A stretch of DNA of 63,597 nt, counting the filler, from Octopus bimaculoides (taxonomy: Eukaryota): the NCBI RefSeq assembly GCF_001194135.2. It is 7 parts of 6 records of this genome, joined end to end, with 100 filler letters (N's around TTAATTAATTAA, not from the genome) between each part and the next. Parts side by side here need not be neighbours in the genome. Positions count along the whole stretch, not along the records: positions 1 to 14,524 come from NC_068992.1; 6 more parts are not named here. One strand, 5' to 3'. Shown piece after piece: positions 1-10,640 of this stretch. The number at the start of each line of letters is the position of its first letter. Position 1 is the first letter of the stretch. Under the pieces are notes generated by a model, which searched no databases, was not told the origin of the DNA, and saw only the letters and a program-made list of their open reading frames with translations. The translations under genes were made by a program, and so were the position numbers.

Positions 1-1133
1 GAGAAAGGAATAGGAGTAGTTAAAAGTTTTCTTATGACTGATTCTCTTCACTGCCTATTACTTCATTAGAAATCTAAGGATGCACATAAGCACATAATAG
101 AGAAAAATGAAACAAATATGGACGACTTGCTCCGAAACACCACCGAGTGGGGAACACTTCTCAAAAATAACCTGCAGTTGTTTCCTTCAAAATTCCTACA
201 TGCTTGAAATGTACATACATCAAGGTACATTTGTACAAAATTTCATGAAAAAATATTCATTTTCCTGGAAGTTAAGAGGAATTTAAGTGGAATTTCCGAA
301 TATTGTACCCCACCCCCTTCCTACGCTCTTCAACTGGAAGGAACACAGAAAGAAACAAGGAGAAAAAAAATTATAAATGTAGTGGTCAACGATCTATCAT
401 GGCAAATGCCAGACAGAAGGATCACACAGGAGAGTTAAGAAAAAGGGGAGATAACAAAGAAGTGGTGAACCCAAGACAAGAAGGTGCGTGTGTGTGAGAG
501 AATGGTGGTGATCTTAACGTATGCATGTGTGTATGTAGGTGTGAAGGTGTGAAAATGCGGGGAAGGGAATTGGTCAGTGCTAGTGTGTGCGTGGTGGTGT
601 GAAGTGATGAGTTGTATGATATGGTGTAGCGTGGTGTGATGTGAGGGCGTTGGGAGGTGGGGGAGGCNNNNNNNNNNNNNNNNNNNNNNNNNNNNNNNNN
701 NNNNNNNNNNNNNNNNNNNNNNNNNNNNNNNNNNNNNNNNNNNNNNNNNNNNNNNNNNNNNNNNNNNNNNNNNNNNNNNNNNNNNNNNNNNNNNNNNNNN
801 NNNNNNNNNNNNNNNNNGGTAACACATCTGCATCTATACTTAGTAGAGATAAAGGCATCCTGAATATTATTTCAGCAAGTTTAAAGTGATTTCTTTTGTG
901 CTGTAAACCATTTACCATTTCTGTGGTGTCTCCCCCCCCCTCACGCCTTCCCTCGATGCCCTAAGCATGTGCTTATTTTGCTTAATGGTTAATCCAGTGC
1001 TGGGGAGAAAGAAGGGAAGTGGTGACCAAAATTAGAGAGGGTAATGGTCACCGATGAGGGAAAATGCCAGTGGAAGATGATCAAAATAAGAATGGTAACA
1101 GAAATGTCAACTTCCATTTTTTTTTCTTCAAGC

Positions 1134-1610
1134 TCAGGCATAGCTGTGTGGTCAAGAAACTTGCTTACCAATCATGTGGTCTTGGTTTCAGTCCCACTGC
1201 ATGGTACCTTGGGTAAGTGTCTTCTATCCTTACTCCTGAATGACCAATGCCTTCTGAATGGATTTGATAAAGAGAAACTGAAAGAAGCCTAATGTGTGTG
1301 TGTGTGTTTGTGTGTACACTTGTCTTGACATCATGATTGTAAATAAGCATCACCATTATACACGTGGTGTTGTTCATTTCAAGACTTCAATATTAAAAAC
1401 GTGTCTAAGGTAGCAAGCTGGCAGAATCGTTAGCATGCTGGGCAAAATGCTTAGCGGCATTTCGCCCATCTTCACATTCTGAGTTCAAATTCTACTGAGG
1501 TCAACTTTCTTTTTCATCCTTTCAAGGTGGATAAAACAGTTTTGCACTGAAGTTAATGTAATCTGCTCCCTCGAAATTGCTGGCCTTGGGCTAAAATTTG
1601 AAACAAATAT
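1134..1610 (+). mobile_element. Degenerate SINE A followed by SINE B
   Basis: Family A head from 1134 and family B head (AGCTGGCAGAATCGTTAGC) from about 1409; CpG-decayed. Confidence 0.65.
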
Positions 1611-2010
1611 TTGAAACTTGTCTGGTCATGGAGAAATATTACTTTGCTTGATAAGACTTGGCAACAGGACGGCCATAGAAAAAGTTACCATGATAAACTT
1701 TGACCCTTCAAAGATGGAAAGTGGACATAAAGACAATGATGGTACTCATGATCTTTCACCAAGCCTCCAAGAGACTGGCATTTTCATCTAACACTTTAAT
1801 AATGGTTCTGACAACACCTTTACTTTACTGATTACATTAATAAATCCGAAATTCTTATGTTACAAGGAATTATACCAAATTTTCCTGCATATTTTCCGTT
1901 GTGTCAACACTTAGACATTACAAGAATCTCTTGAAATGAATCATCATTAAACCATTTTAAGGTTTTTTTGTTTATTTTAGGAACTTTCTAGAAGATTCTT
2001 CAGAAGAGTC

Positions 2011-2048
2011 ATGAACAGAAAAAATATTTTGTCAGTTGGTATCAGTGG
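2011..2048 (+). CDS. NMRK1: Nicotinamide riboside kinase, first coding exon (MNRKNILSVGIS+GG)
   Basis: Acceptor TTTATTTTAG ends at 1980, ATG at 2011, donor GG|GTAAGA at 2049 (phase 2). Joins in frame to the 5884 exon to give the P-loop GISGATNSGKSS (human NRK1 GISGVTNSGKTT, from memory). Confidence 0.85.
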
Positions 2049-2782
2049 GTAAGATCTTTTTGTTATTTATGGTTATATTTTACTTTTTGTTTATTCATTA
2101 GAGTGGTGAGAACAGACAGAATCGTTTGAGCATTGGAATGCCTCACAAGCATTTGCTCTGATTCTGTGCTCCATTAGTTCAAATCCAACTAACGTCAACT
2201 TAATGTTTCATCCTTGAAGGGTCAACAAAAGAATTTCTGAATCCAGGTTTTGGTGATTGGTGGAACAGTATGAAGCTTAGATCTAAGGCCATGTTTGACC
2301 TGGTTCTTTGCATTCTGAGTTCAAATACTGCCATGGCCTACATGGGTGATAGTCTAATTCCTCTCTTAATTTAATACCACCAACTGACAGCATTATCATT
2401 TAACATCCATTTTCTATACTGGCATGGGTTGAACATTTTCACAGGAGCTGACCAGCTTAGAGAGCTGCCCAGATTCTCATTGTTTGTTTTGGCATGGTTT
2501 CTATGGCTGCATGCCTTTCCTAATGCCAACCACTTCACAGAATGTACCAGGTAATTTTTACATGGAATATGTGAATGTGTGTATCTCTGTGTGCATGTGT
2601 AAACATTTTCCAAAGGTTTCTGTTAGCACCACGAACAGTCATTTAAACCAAATATGTGGAAGGAAAGGGTGTGAGCAGGAGTGGGTCACAGAAATGATAT
2701 AAATCATTTCTCCCCGTTTGTGTTAAGGAATTGTTTTTCAAACTCAGGTCAACTTTGATTGAGTAGACCTTTGATAAAAAAA

Positions 2783-3133
2783 GTAGGCCTCCCTGTTGAG
2801 TCTGAGGCCGTGTGAAAAGATGAATGAAGGCATAATGTTGTCATCACTAGTGATCACTCCAAACACCATGATGTTGACTGTATGTACATGTCCTCAGATT
2901 GACACCCAAACACTCTGAAATGTTCATATTGGAGCTTCTGGCATGAATGCCAAGCAGTACAGCATATTGTTTCCAAATTTCTGTCAGAGTGAATTGTATC
3001 ATGTTGCTGTTTTTCTAACAGACAGTGCCCAACTGATCCTACTATACTGTGTAATCAACAAACTCAAAAACAAACAATGCACATGTGCAAAATTAAAAAT
3101 ATAAAATGGTGACAATTTACCCATCACACCTTG
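2783..3133 (-). mobile_element. Internally deleted Tc1/mariner (maT/DD37D-like) element
   Basis: The minus strand gives TA + CAAGGTGTGATGGGTAAATTG end, an HTH-like N-terminus (MIQFTLTEIWKQYAVLLGIHARSSNMNISECLGVNLRT) and, out of frame, VNIMVFGVITSDDNIMPSFIFSHGLRLNREAY. Confidence 0.7.
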
Positions 3134-3165
<32 letters not shown>

Positions 3166-3301
3166 TTTCTTCTGTCTATCTCTCTACCTTTCTGTCTCTA
3201 TCTATCTATCTTTCTGTCTGTCTATCTGTCTATCTATCTTTCTATCTATCTATCTATCTANNNNNNNNNNCTTTCTGTCTGTCTATCTGTCTATCTATCT
3301 T

Positions 3302-3362
<61 letters not shown>

Positions 3363-3720
3363 TTCTCTATCTCTCTATGTCATATTTGAAAGGTAACAAT
3401 AAAATGTTTCAGAAGTATTAAAGAACTGATTTATTTAATCAAAGTATGATCCATGTTCATTTATGACCATTACCCAACATTCCATCTTCCAAAAAAAAAT
3501 TTCATCTTTTGCTGTGATAAACTGTCCAAATGCTTCAATTACCTCTTCTCTATTTAAGAGTGTTTTATTGCTTAGGAAAAGCTCAAAATGCTTAAATAAG
3601 TGATGATCAGTAGGAGGGATATGAGGAGAATAGGGAAGATACAGTTCTATATTTAAGAGATGAGGAATTATTTACATTATTTACATTTGACGGATATTTC
3701 TCCTCATCTTGTTTGTTGTT

Positions 3721-3766
3721 AACACAACGTTTCGGCTGATATACCCTCCAGCCTTCATCAGGTGTC
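3721..3766 (-). ncRNA. Minimal type I hammerhead ribozyme motif, family 1
   Basis: GACAC-CUGAUGA-A-GGCUG(GAGGGUAUAU)CAGCC-GAAA-C-GUU^GUGUU: full core, 5-bp stem II, 5-bp stem I and a loopless palindromic stem III (AACGUU). Confidence 0.75.
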
Positions 3767-3983
3767 TTGGGGAAATTTCGAACCTGGGTTCTCATTCCTA
3801 ACGATGTTACTATTATTATTTATTATTATTATTACTATTATTAATCAGGTCGCTGCTGTAAATCGAACTCGGAACCTTGGGGTTAGTAGCCCGCGCTCTT
3901 AACCACTAATAATAGTAATGATAATAATAAATAATAATAGTAACATCGTTAGGAATGAGAACCCAGGTTCGAAATTTCCCCAA

Positions 3984-4029
3984 GACACCTGACGAAGGCT
4001 GGAGGGTATATCAGCCGAAACGTTGTGTT
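3984..4029 (+). ncRNA. Minimal type I hammerhead ribozyme motif, family 1 (CUGACGA variant)
   Basis: GACAC 3984-88, CTGACGA 3989-95, stem II GGCTG 3997-4001 / CAGCC 4012-16, GAAA 4017-20, GTT 4022-24 (predicted cut after 4024), GTGTT 4025-29. Confidence 0.75.
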
Positions 4030-5065
4030 AACAACAAACAAGATGAGGAGAAATATCCGTCAAATGTAAATAATGTAAATAATGTAAATAGGGAAGATGT
4101 TGCAAAATCTCATAATTCAGGCTTTGCAACTTTTGGACCGTAGCTTGAGAAGCGTGAGGACATGCATTGTCATGGAGCAAAATTGGGTCATCTCTATTCA
4201 CTTGTCTGGATTGCTTCTTTTTCAAATTCTCATACATACAATCAATTACCTGACAATACGATGTTGCTGTTACTGTATTTCCTTTGTTGCAGAAATGAAT
4301 AATGAATAACTCCCTTCACAGGCCACCATACAGTGACCACTAACTTTTTAGGGTGCAATGGTTGTTTTGAGTAGTGCTTAGGTGGCTCTCCTGCATTTAA
4401 TCACAGTCCTGTTCTCCTGCTGTTGTCAAAGAGTATCCATTTCTCATCACATGTAATGATTCGATGTAAAAATGGCTCTTTTTCCAGTCAAGAAAGCAAT
4501 AAGAAGCACACTTTGAAGCGCGTGTTTTTATTTAAATCTTGTTCAGTTTATGTGGAACAAACCCATCCGTTTTCTTGACTTTTCCAATTTTTTTCAAGAG
4601 TCAAGAAACAGTTGAGTAAGATGTTTGGAGTTCTGGTGAAAGTTTTTGGACCATTGTTCTCGGATTTTGTTCAACCAAAGCATTTAATCCATCATGCCAA
4701 GTAACTGATTTTGGCTTCCCTCTTGGTTCACTTTTGAGGCTATCATCTCCTGAACGAGATCTTTAGAACCATCTCTGAACAGTTCTGATGTCAACAGAAC
4801 CATTACCAAAGTCCTGCTTGATATTCCATAGAGCTTCTGCAGCAGAGTGACCCAGTGATTTTCTTGTATGGCTATACAAGAAAATCACTCAACATTGTTT
4901 GGTTGTTATCATTTTCATAAGGTCTGTGGGTGCGAATTTTGTATACCAATATTGTTGGGAAAGAAAAAGAGTCAAGATTAAATGCAAGGGTATACATAAT
5001 TGAGTTTTTAAATGACCAAAATAACAAGTAATTGAAAATGCGACATTTCATGTGTGACAACCTAA

Positions 5066-5117
<52 letters not shown>

Positions 5118-5142
5118 CTATCTCTCTATCTATCCTATCTAC

Positions 5143-5178
<36 letters not shown>

Positions 5179-5204
5179 TTCTATCTCTCTGTCTATCCTA
5201 TCTA

Positions 5205-5282
<78 letters not shown>

Positions 5283-5774
5283 ACCTATATTTTTATCTCT
5301 CTATCTCTGTCTGTCTATCTATCTATCCTGTCTACCTATCTCTATCTATCTAGCTATCTATCTATTTATCTAGCTAGCTAGTTATTGATCTATCTATCTA
5401 TCTAGTTACCTATTTATCTATCTATATCTCTATCTATCTATCTATCTATCTTTTTCTCGCTCTATCTTATCTTTCTCTATCCGTCTGTCTACATGTCATA
5501 AAAAGCAGCTAAAAGTGTTGGTACCTGATAGGATACCGACACTGAAAGTCCTGCCTAAACCATCCCAGCTTAGAAAACATAAAAACAGTGACAACAACAA
5601 CAACGACAACAATGACAACCCTCCTTGTCATTTTGAAAAGTACTCAGCTACATGAATAAAATGACACAGTTTCCACCAAGAAACAAAATTAGAACACATC
5701 TTCAATGGAAACTAAACATTCTTCTTTACTGCTGTGAGCCACACAGAGAGAAAGAGACACAGACAGACAGACAG

Positions 5775-5846
<72 letters not shown>

Positions 5847-5883
5847 TGTATTAATTGTAAATATTGTAAATATTCCTTTGCAG

Positions 5884-5974
5884 GGCAACAAACAGTGGGA
5901 AGTCTTCTTTGACAAAGAAACTTGCAGAATATTTTCCTAATTCAACCAGTTTCTGTCAAGATGATTGCTTTAGA
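5884..5974 (+). CDS. NMRK1: Nicotinamide riboside kinase, coding exon 2 (G-ATNSGKSSLTKKLAEYFPNSTSFCQDDCFR)
   Basis: Acceptor TTCCTTTGCAG, donor AGA|GTGAGT, 91 nt (phase 2 to phase 0). Contains the Walker A motif and the QDD motif with the catalytic Asp of the NRK/uridine-kinase fold. Missed by the ORF track. Confidence 0.9.
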
Positions 5975-7235
5975 GTGAGTCAATTGCTTTACTGTTTGTT
6001 TTTNNNNNNNNNNCCCCCCCCCCCCCCATTGTTTCGGTCCTTCTTCAGTGTTGCTGTGAAATAAGCACTGAAAATACTTATTCTTAAACCTGGGTAACAT
6101 ATTAAAGTTCATTTCATAGGGAGACCCCACTTCAGAAATATAAGTGTTTTGAGGAGTATGGAGTTAACCCTTAATCACCCCTACTCCCAGAGCTGCTCTG
6201 GCCCAAGGTGGTAGTTCCTGTCAAAGGCCCCTGTTTTGGGTTGAATAACAGAAGATAGTCCTGTGGCTAAGACATACAGAATTCAGAGAAAGCCTTGTCC
6301 CTAGACACCTATCACACAGGCCAACCAGCATGTGGACATGTCTTGATGCCATGCGAACTAATACCCCTGTCTAAGGATTAAATAGACCCCTTGCCTCAAG
6401 GACAAGCTTTAGAGGATAGGAGACTAGCAGTGTAAACTGTAAATAAACCAGCAAAAGGCAATGGGATCTTTTCCAAAAAAAATCATGGGCTGTGTAGTTA
6501 AAAAGCTTGTTTTATAACCACATGGTTCTAGGTTCCTTGGCACCTTGGGCAAATGTCTTTTACTCTAACCCCAGGCTGACCAATGACTTGTCAGTGGATT
6601 TGGTAAGTGGGAACTGTACAACGGAGGTCCCCTCCTCTGCCACATTCCATTCTGTTCCATTAAATCCTCTCACATATCTGCTTTCATCCTCAGCACCCTC
6701 TCATATATGCCATCACATCTCACTCACTGCCTTATGTGCACCTACATCTTCCTTTTTTCCACCCCTACAGCTTGCAAATCACTCCCCGCCCTGACCTTGA
6801 TCCACTTCTATCTCTCACCTTACCCATCTCCCTACTCCCATACAGATATTTCTCATCAACCATTTCTCCTCTACCCCCATCTCTAACCATCTCTCCCCTC
6901 CATATACTTATGAAAGAACCCCTTCTTTCCTTCCTTCCTTCCTTCCTTTGACCCACTGTCTGAATCCTTTCTTATACTCATCTTCCTGTCCCCTCAGATT
7001 TTCCTCTTGCACTGTATCTCTTATCATTCTATTCTCAGCCACCCCTATATTATGTATAGTAGCCCTGTATCTCCTCTGTAGTTTGTCCCTCCATGAAGCT
7101 CAGCATTGGCATAAGCCTTCCTCCCCCTTGAATGCTGCCTAGTAGCAAGATCTTTTTCCCTATCCTCTCCCGATCTTGCAAAATGCTTAGCAACCTCATT
7201 AGTGCTTGTAGCACAAAAAAAAAAGAAGAGGCCTC

Positions 7236-7385
7236 CACTACACACTGTAAAGTGGTTGGCATTAGGAAGGGTATCCAGCTATAGAAACCATGCCAAAACT
7301 GACATTGGAGCTTAGCACAGTCCTGCAGCTTGCCATGTATTGCCAATCCATCCAACCACTTCCAACATGGAAAAATGAACATTAA
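7236..7385 (+). mobile_element. RTE 3'-tail fragment
   Basis: Matches 11905-12070 (GTGGTTGGC.TTAGGAAGGG.ATCCAGCT.TAGAAAC). Further copies at about 2394-2565 (-), 26030-26200 (+), 41965-42155 (+) and 60147-60390 (+). Confidence 0.75.
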
Positions 7386-7605
7386 CCCTTTTGTTACTAT
7401 ATTTCTGTTGGGATGCTCTGTGTTTCTTTCAGTTAATTTTAAATATAACAAAGAATTTGGTAAAATAACTTCGTCATCATTCAGCTAGTGTTAGGAACAT
7501 AAATTGTGACTAAGGTTTGGCGGAAGATTTTAATTCAGAACATTTGAAAACAAGACATTTGTACTCAGAGCCAGAGGCAGTTTCAGCTGGGTTGTTATCA
7601 AAAAA
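7386..7605. mobile_element. piggyBac-type MITE, copy 1 (right end decayed)
   Basis: TTAA-CCCTTTTGTTAC start; about 200 nt nearly identical to the copy at 7661-7870. Confidence 0.6.
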
Positions 7606-7660
7606 GTTCATTTGCAGAATCTTGTGCAAATTGAAGACACGTTTGACTGACTGTCTTTAA

Positions 7661-7870
7661 CCCTTTTGTTAGCATCTTTCTGTTGAGATGCTCTGTGTTA
7701 CTTTCATTTAATTTTAAATATAACAAAGAATTTAGTAAAATAACTTAGTCATCATTAGGCTAATGTTAGGAACATAAATTTTGACTAAAGTTTGGTGGAA
7801 GATTTTAATTCAGAACTATTGAAAACAAGACATTTGTACTGCAGAGCCAGAGGTGTTGGTCTCGAAAGGG
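7661..7870. mobile_element. piggyBac-type MITE, copy 2
   Basis: TTAA (7657-60) CCCTTTTG ... CGAAAGGG TTAA (7871-74): TTAA target duplication and CCCT termini. Confidence 0.7.
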
Positions 7871-9500
7871 TTAAATGATGATATATTTATGTGTGTACAT
7901 CTTTGTATGTGTACTTGTTCCCATCACCACCACTTGACAACTAGTGTTGGTTTATTCACATCCCTTCGCGGTTCAAAGCAAACATGCATACAGTTATAAT
8001 GGAGGAAGAAAAATAAGAAGTTCTCAGGTAGGAGTGACTGAAACTGTGAATTCATAAAAATTTGTGAAAGAAAAATAAATTCAANNNNNNNNNNNNNNNN
8101 NNNNNNNNNNNNNNNNNNNNNNNNNNNNNNNNNNNNNNNNNNNNNNNNNNNNNNNNNNNNNNNNNNNNNNNNNNNNNNNNNNNNNNNNNNNNNNNNNNNN
8201 NNNNNNNNNNNNNNNNNNNNNNNNNNNNNNNNNNNNNNNNNNNNNNNNNNNNNNNNNNNNNNNNNNNNNNNNNNNNNNNNNNNNNNNNATACCAACACCA
8301 GTAGTCAAGCAGTGGTGGACACACACACACACATCCACACACACACATCCACACACACACATCCACACACACACATCCACACACACACATCCACACACAC
8401 ACATCCACACACACACACACATGCATACTCACATATGCCTCATTATGTTTCTTAATGTATCACACCACAGTTAATATACCAATATGATATATATTTATAT
8501 ATGTGGGTAGGTGTATGTGAGTGTATGTGTGTGTGTGTATGCTTGTATGAATGTGTGTGTAAGAAAACGGTCCAACATCTCCACAAGGCACCATAGCTCG
8601 TCAAATAATAAAAAGTAACATGTCTGTATTTTGTGTCCAAACATCACAGCTGCTACCCTATCATTGTAGATACCCTGATTGGGGTACTTATTGATTTTTA
8701 TAGAACTCCCATGGAGTACTTTGATAATTTTACTAAATGTATTAACATCACTCATTAATCTGTGTGGGTGGGTGGGTGGCTGTGCACATGTAATTGTGTG
8801 TGACTGTGTGTGTGTGTGCGCGCGTGTAAGTGTGGGTGGGTGGGTGGCTGTNNNNNNNNNNNNNNNNNNNNNNNNNNNNNNNNNNNNNNNNNNNNNNNNN
8901 NNNNNNNNNNNNNNNNNNNNNNNNNNNNNNNNNNNNNNNNNNNNNNNNNNNNNNNNNNNNNNNNNNNNNNNNNNNNNNNNNNNNNNNNNNNNNNNNNNNN
9001 NNNNNNNNNNNNNNNNNNNNNNNNNNNNNNNNNNNNNNNNNNNNNNNNNNNNNNNNNNNNNNNNNNNNNNNNNNNNNNNNNNNNNNNNNNNNNNNNNNNN
9101 NNNNNNNNNNNNNNNNNNNNNNNNNNNNNNNNNNNNNNNNNNNNNNNNNNNNNNNNNNNNNNNNNNNNNNNNNNNNNNNNNNNNNNNNNNNNNNNNNNNN
9201 NNNNNNNNNNNNNNNNNNNNNNNNNNNNNNNNNNNNNNNNNNNNNNNNNNNNNNNNNNNNNNNNNNNNNNNNNNNNNNNNNNNNNNNNNNNNNNNNNNNN
9301 NNNNNNNNNNNNNNNNNNNNNNNNNNNNNNNNNNNNNNNNNNNNNNNNNNNNNNNNNNNNNNNNNNNNNNNNNNNNNNNNNNNNNNNNNNNNNNNNNNNN
9401 NNNNNNNNNNNNNNNNNNNNNNNNNNNNNNNNNNNNNNNNNNNNNNNNNNNNNNNNNNNNNNNNNNNNNNNNNNNNNNNNNNNNNNNNNNNNNNNNNNNT

Positions 9501-10120
9501 CTCTCTCTCCTCTTTCTCTCTCCCTCCCTCCTCTTTCTCTTTCTTCTCCATCTCTCTCTCCCTCTCTCCTCTTTCTCTTTCTTCTCATACCTCCCTCTAT
9601 CTCTTGCTCTCTCTCCCTCTCTCTCTTCCCCACTTTCTCTCTCTCCTCTTTCTCTTTCTTCCCCTTATCTCTATCTCTCTCCCTCTCCCCTTCCCCTCTT
9701 TCCGTCTCTCTCCGCTTCTGTTTCTTTCTTTCTCTCACTCTCTCTCCCTCCTCTTTCTCTCTCTCCCTCCTCTTTCTTTCTCTCTCCCTCTACGTTTCTC
9801 TCTCCCTTCCCCTGTCTTTCTCTTTCCCTGTATCTCTCTCCTCTTTCTCTCTCTCTCCCTCTCTCCCTTCCCCTGTCTTTCTCTTTCCCTATATCTCTCT
9901 CCTCTTTCTCTCTCTCTCCCTCTCTCTCTTCCCTTGTCTTTCTCTTTCCCTATATCTCTCTTCTTTCTCTCTCTTCCCCTCTCTCTTCTCTTTCTCTCCG
10001 TCTCTCCCTGTCTGTTTCTTTCTCTCACTCTCTCTCCCTCTTCTTTCTCTCTCTCTCCCTCTACATCACTCTCTCTCCTTCTCTCTCCTCTCTCTCCCTC
10101 CCCCTCTCCTTCTCTCTCTC
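9501..10120. repeat. Polypyrimidine (CT-rich) tract with higher-order repeats
   Basis: Recurrent CTTTCCCT(A/G)TATCTCTC blocks; source of several spurious ORFs. Confidence 0.9.
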
Positions 10121-10640
10121 ACCTAAAATAAGTGCATGGTGTTGTTGCATAAAATGCAATATTGCCAAGCAGCAAAACATTGGTTTCATAAGTGGAGGGT
10201 TTGTGAAGGGTTCTAGAACATGTGGTAGACATGCTCCATTAACTACATGAACGACACAGCAGGAATGAGCTGAGATAAAAACTGGAGCTGTTTGCTCATT
10301 CGGTTTTTTTTTTTGTGTGTGTGTGTGTTTTCCATGTCAGCATGGGTTAGAGGAATATATATTCTTGAGGTATTGTTTTACAGCTGGATGCCCTTCCTGT
10401 CATTAATCCTTATCTGTTTCTCAAGTAAAGGATCTCTTATTTCACATGCCTTTAAAGGTGAAAAGGGAGCACAGGTTCAAACAAGCACACATGTCGACAC
10501 ATATACATATACACCCACAAACACATGCATGCACATATATGTGTGTGTGTGTGTGCATATATATGTATGTATGTATATGTATATATATTTATATAGGTGC
10601 AGGAGTGGCTGTGTCGTAAGTAGCTTACAACCACATGGTT

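Larger units (their letters stand above)
3641..4086. mobile_element. Head-to-head inverted hammerhead-bearing SINE/Penelope-like repeat inserted in the mariner
   Basis: Two ~140-nt inverted arms (about 3670-3810 and 3945-4086) and a tRNA-like head on the minus strand (3846-3907), flanked by the 12-bp direct repeat AATAGGGAAGAT (3629-3640 and 4087-4098). Confidence 0.8.
3377..5065 (-). mobile_element. Near full-length degenerate mariner element split by a nested insertion
   Basis: 5' TIR TTAGGTTGTCACACATGAAATG with TA at 5066-67. Pseudogenised transposase about 4912 to 3435 with LGHSAAEA..VQRWF (HTH), LLHDNACPH, LPYSPHIPPTDHHLF and GSYFD*. A TIR remnant lies near 3377-3390. Confidence 0.85.

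Noticed and set aside
3846-3907. tRNA gene
   Set aside because: Acceptor stem and 5' end are missing and the anticodon stem is mispaired; it is a SINE head. The same holds for all A/B-box hits in families A and B.
8640-8760. Protein-like frame CYPIIVDTLIGVLIDFYRTPMEYFDNF inside the NMRK intron
   Set aside because: No usable donor, no alignment to NRK, and exons 2 and 3 already join in frame without it.
8679-10250. Long ORFs of 250-520 aa here and at 19580-21157, 22512-23780, 40483-41634 and 53488-54445
   Set aside because: Made of N gaps and CT/CA/TA microsatellites; no coding signal.
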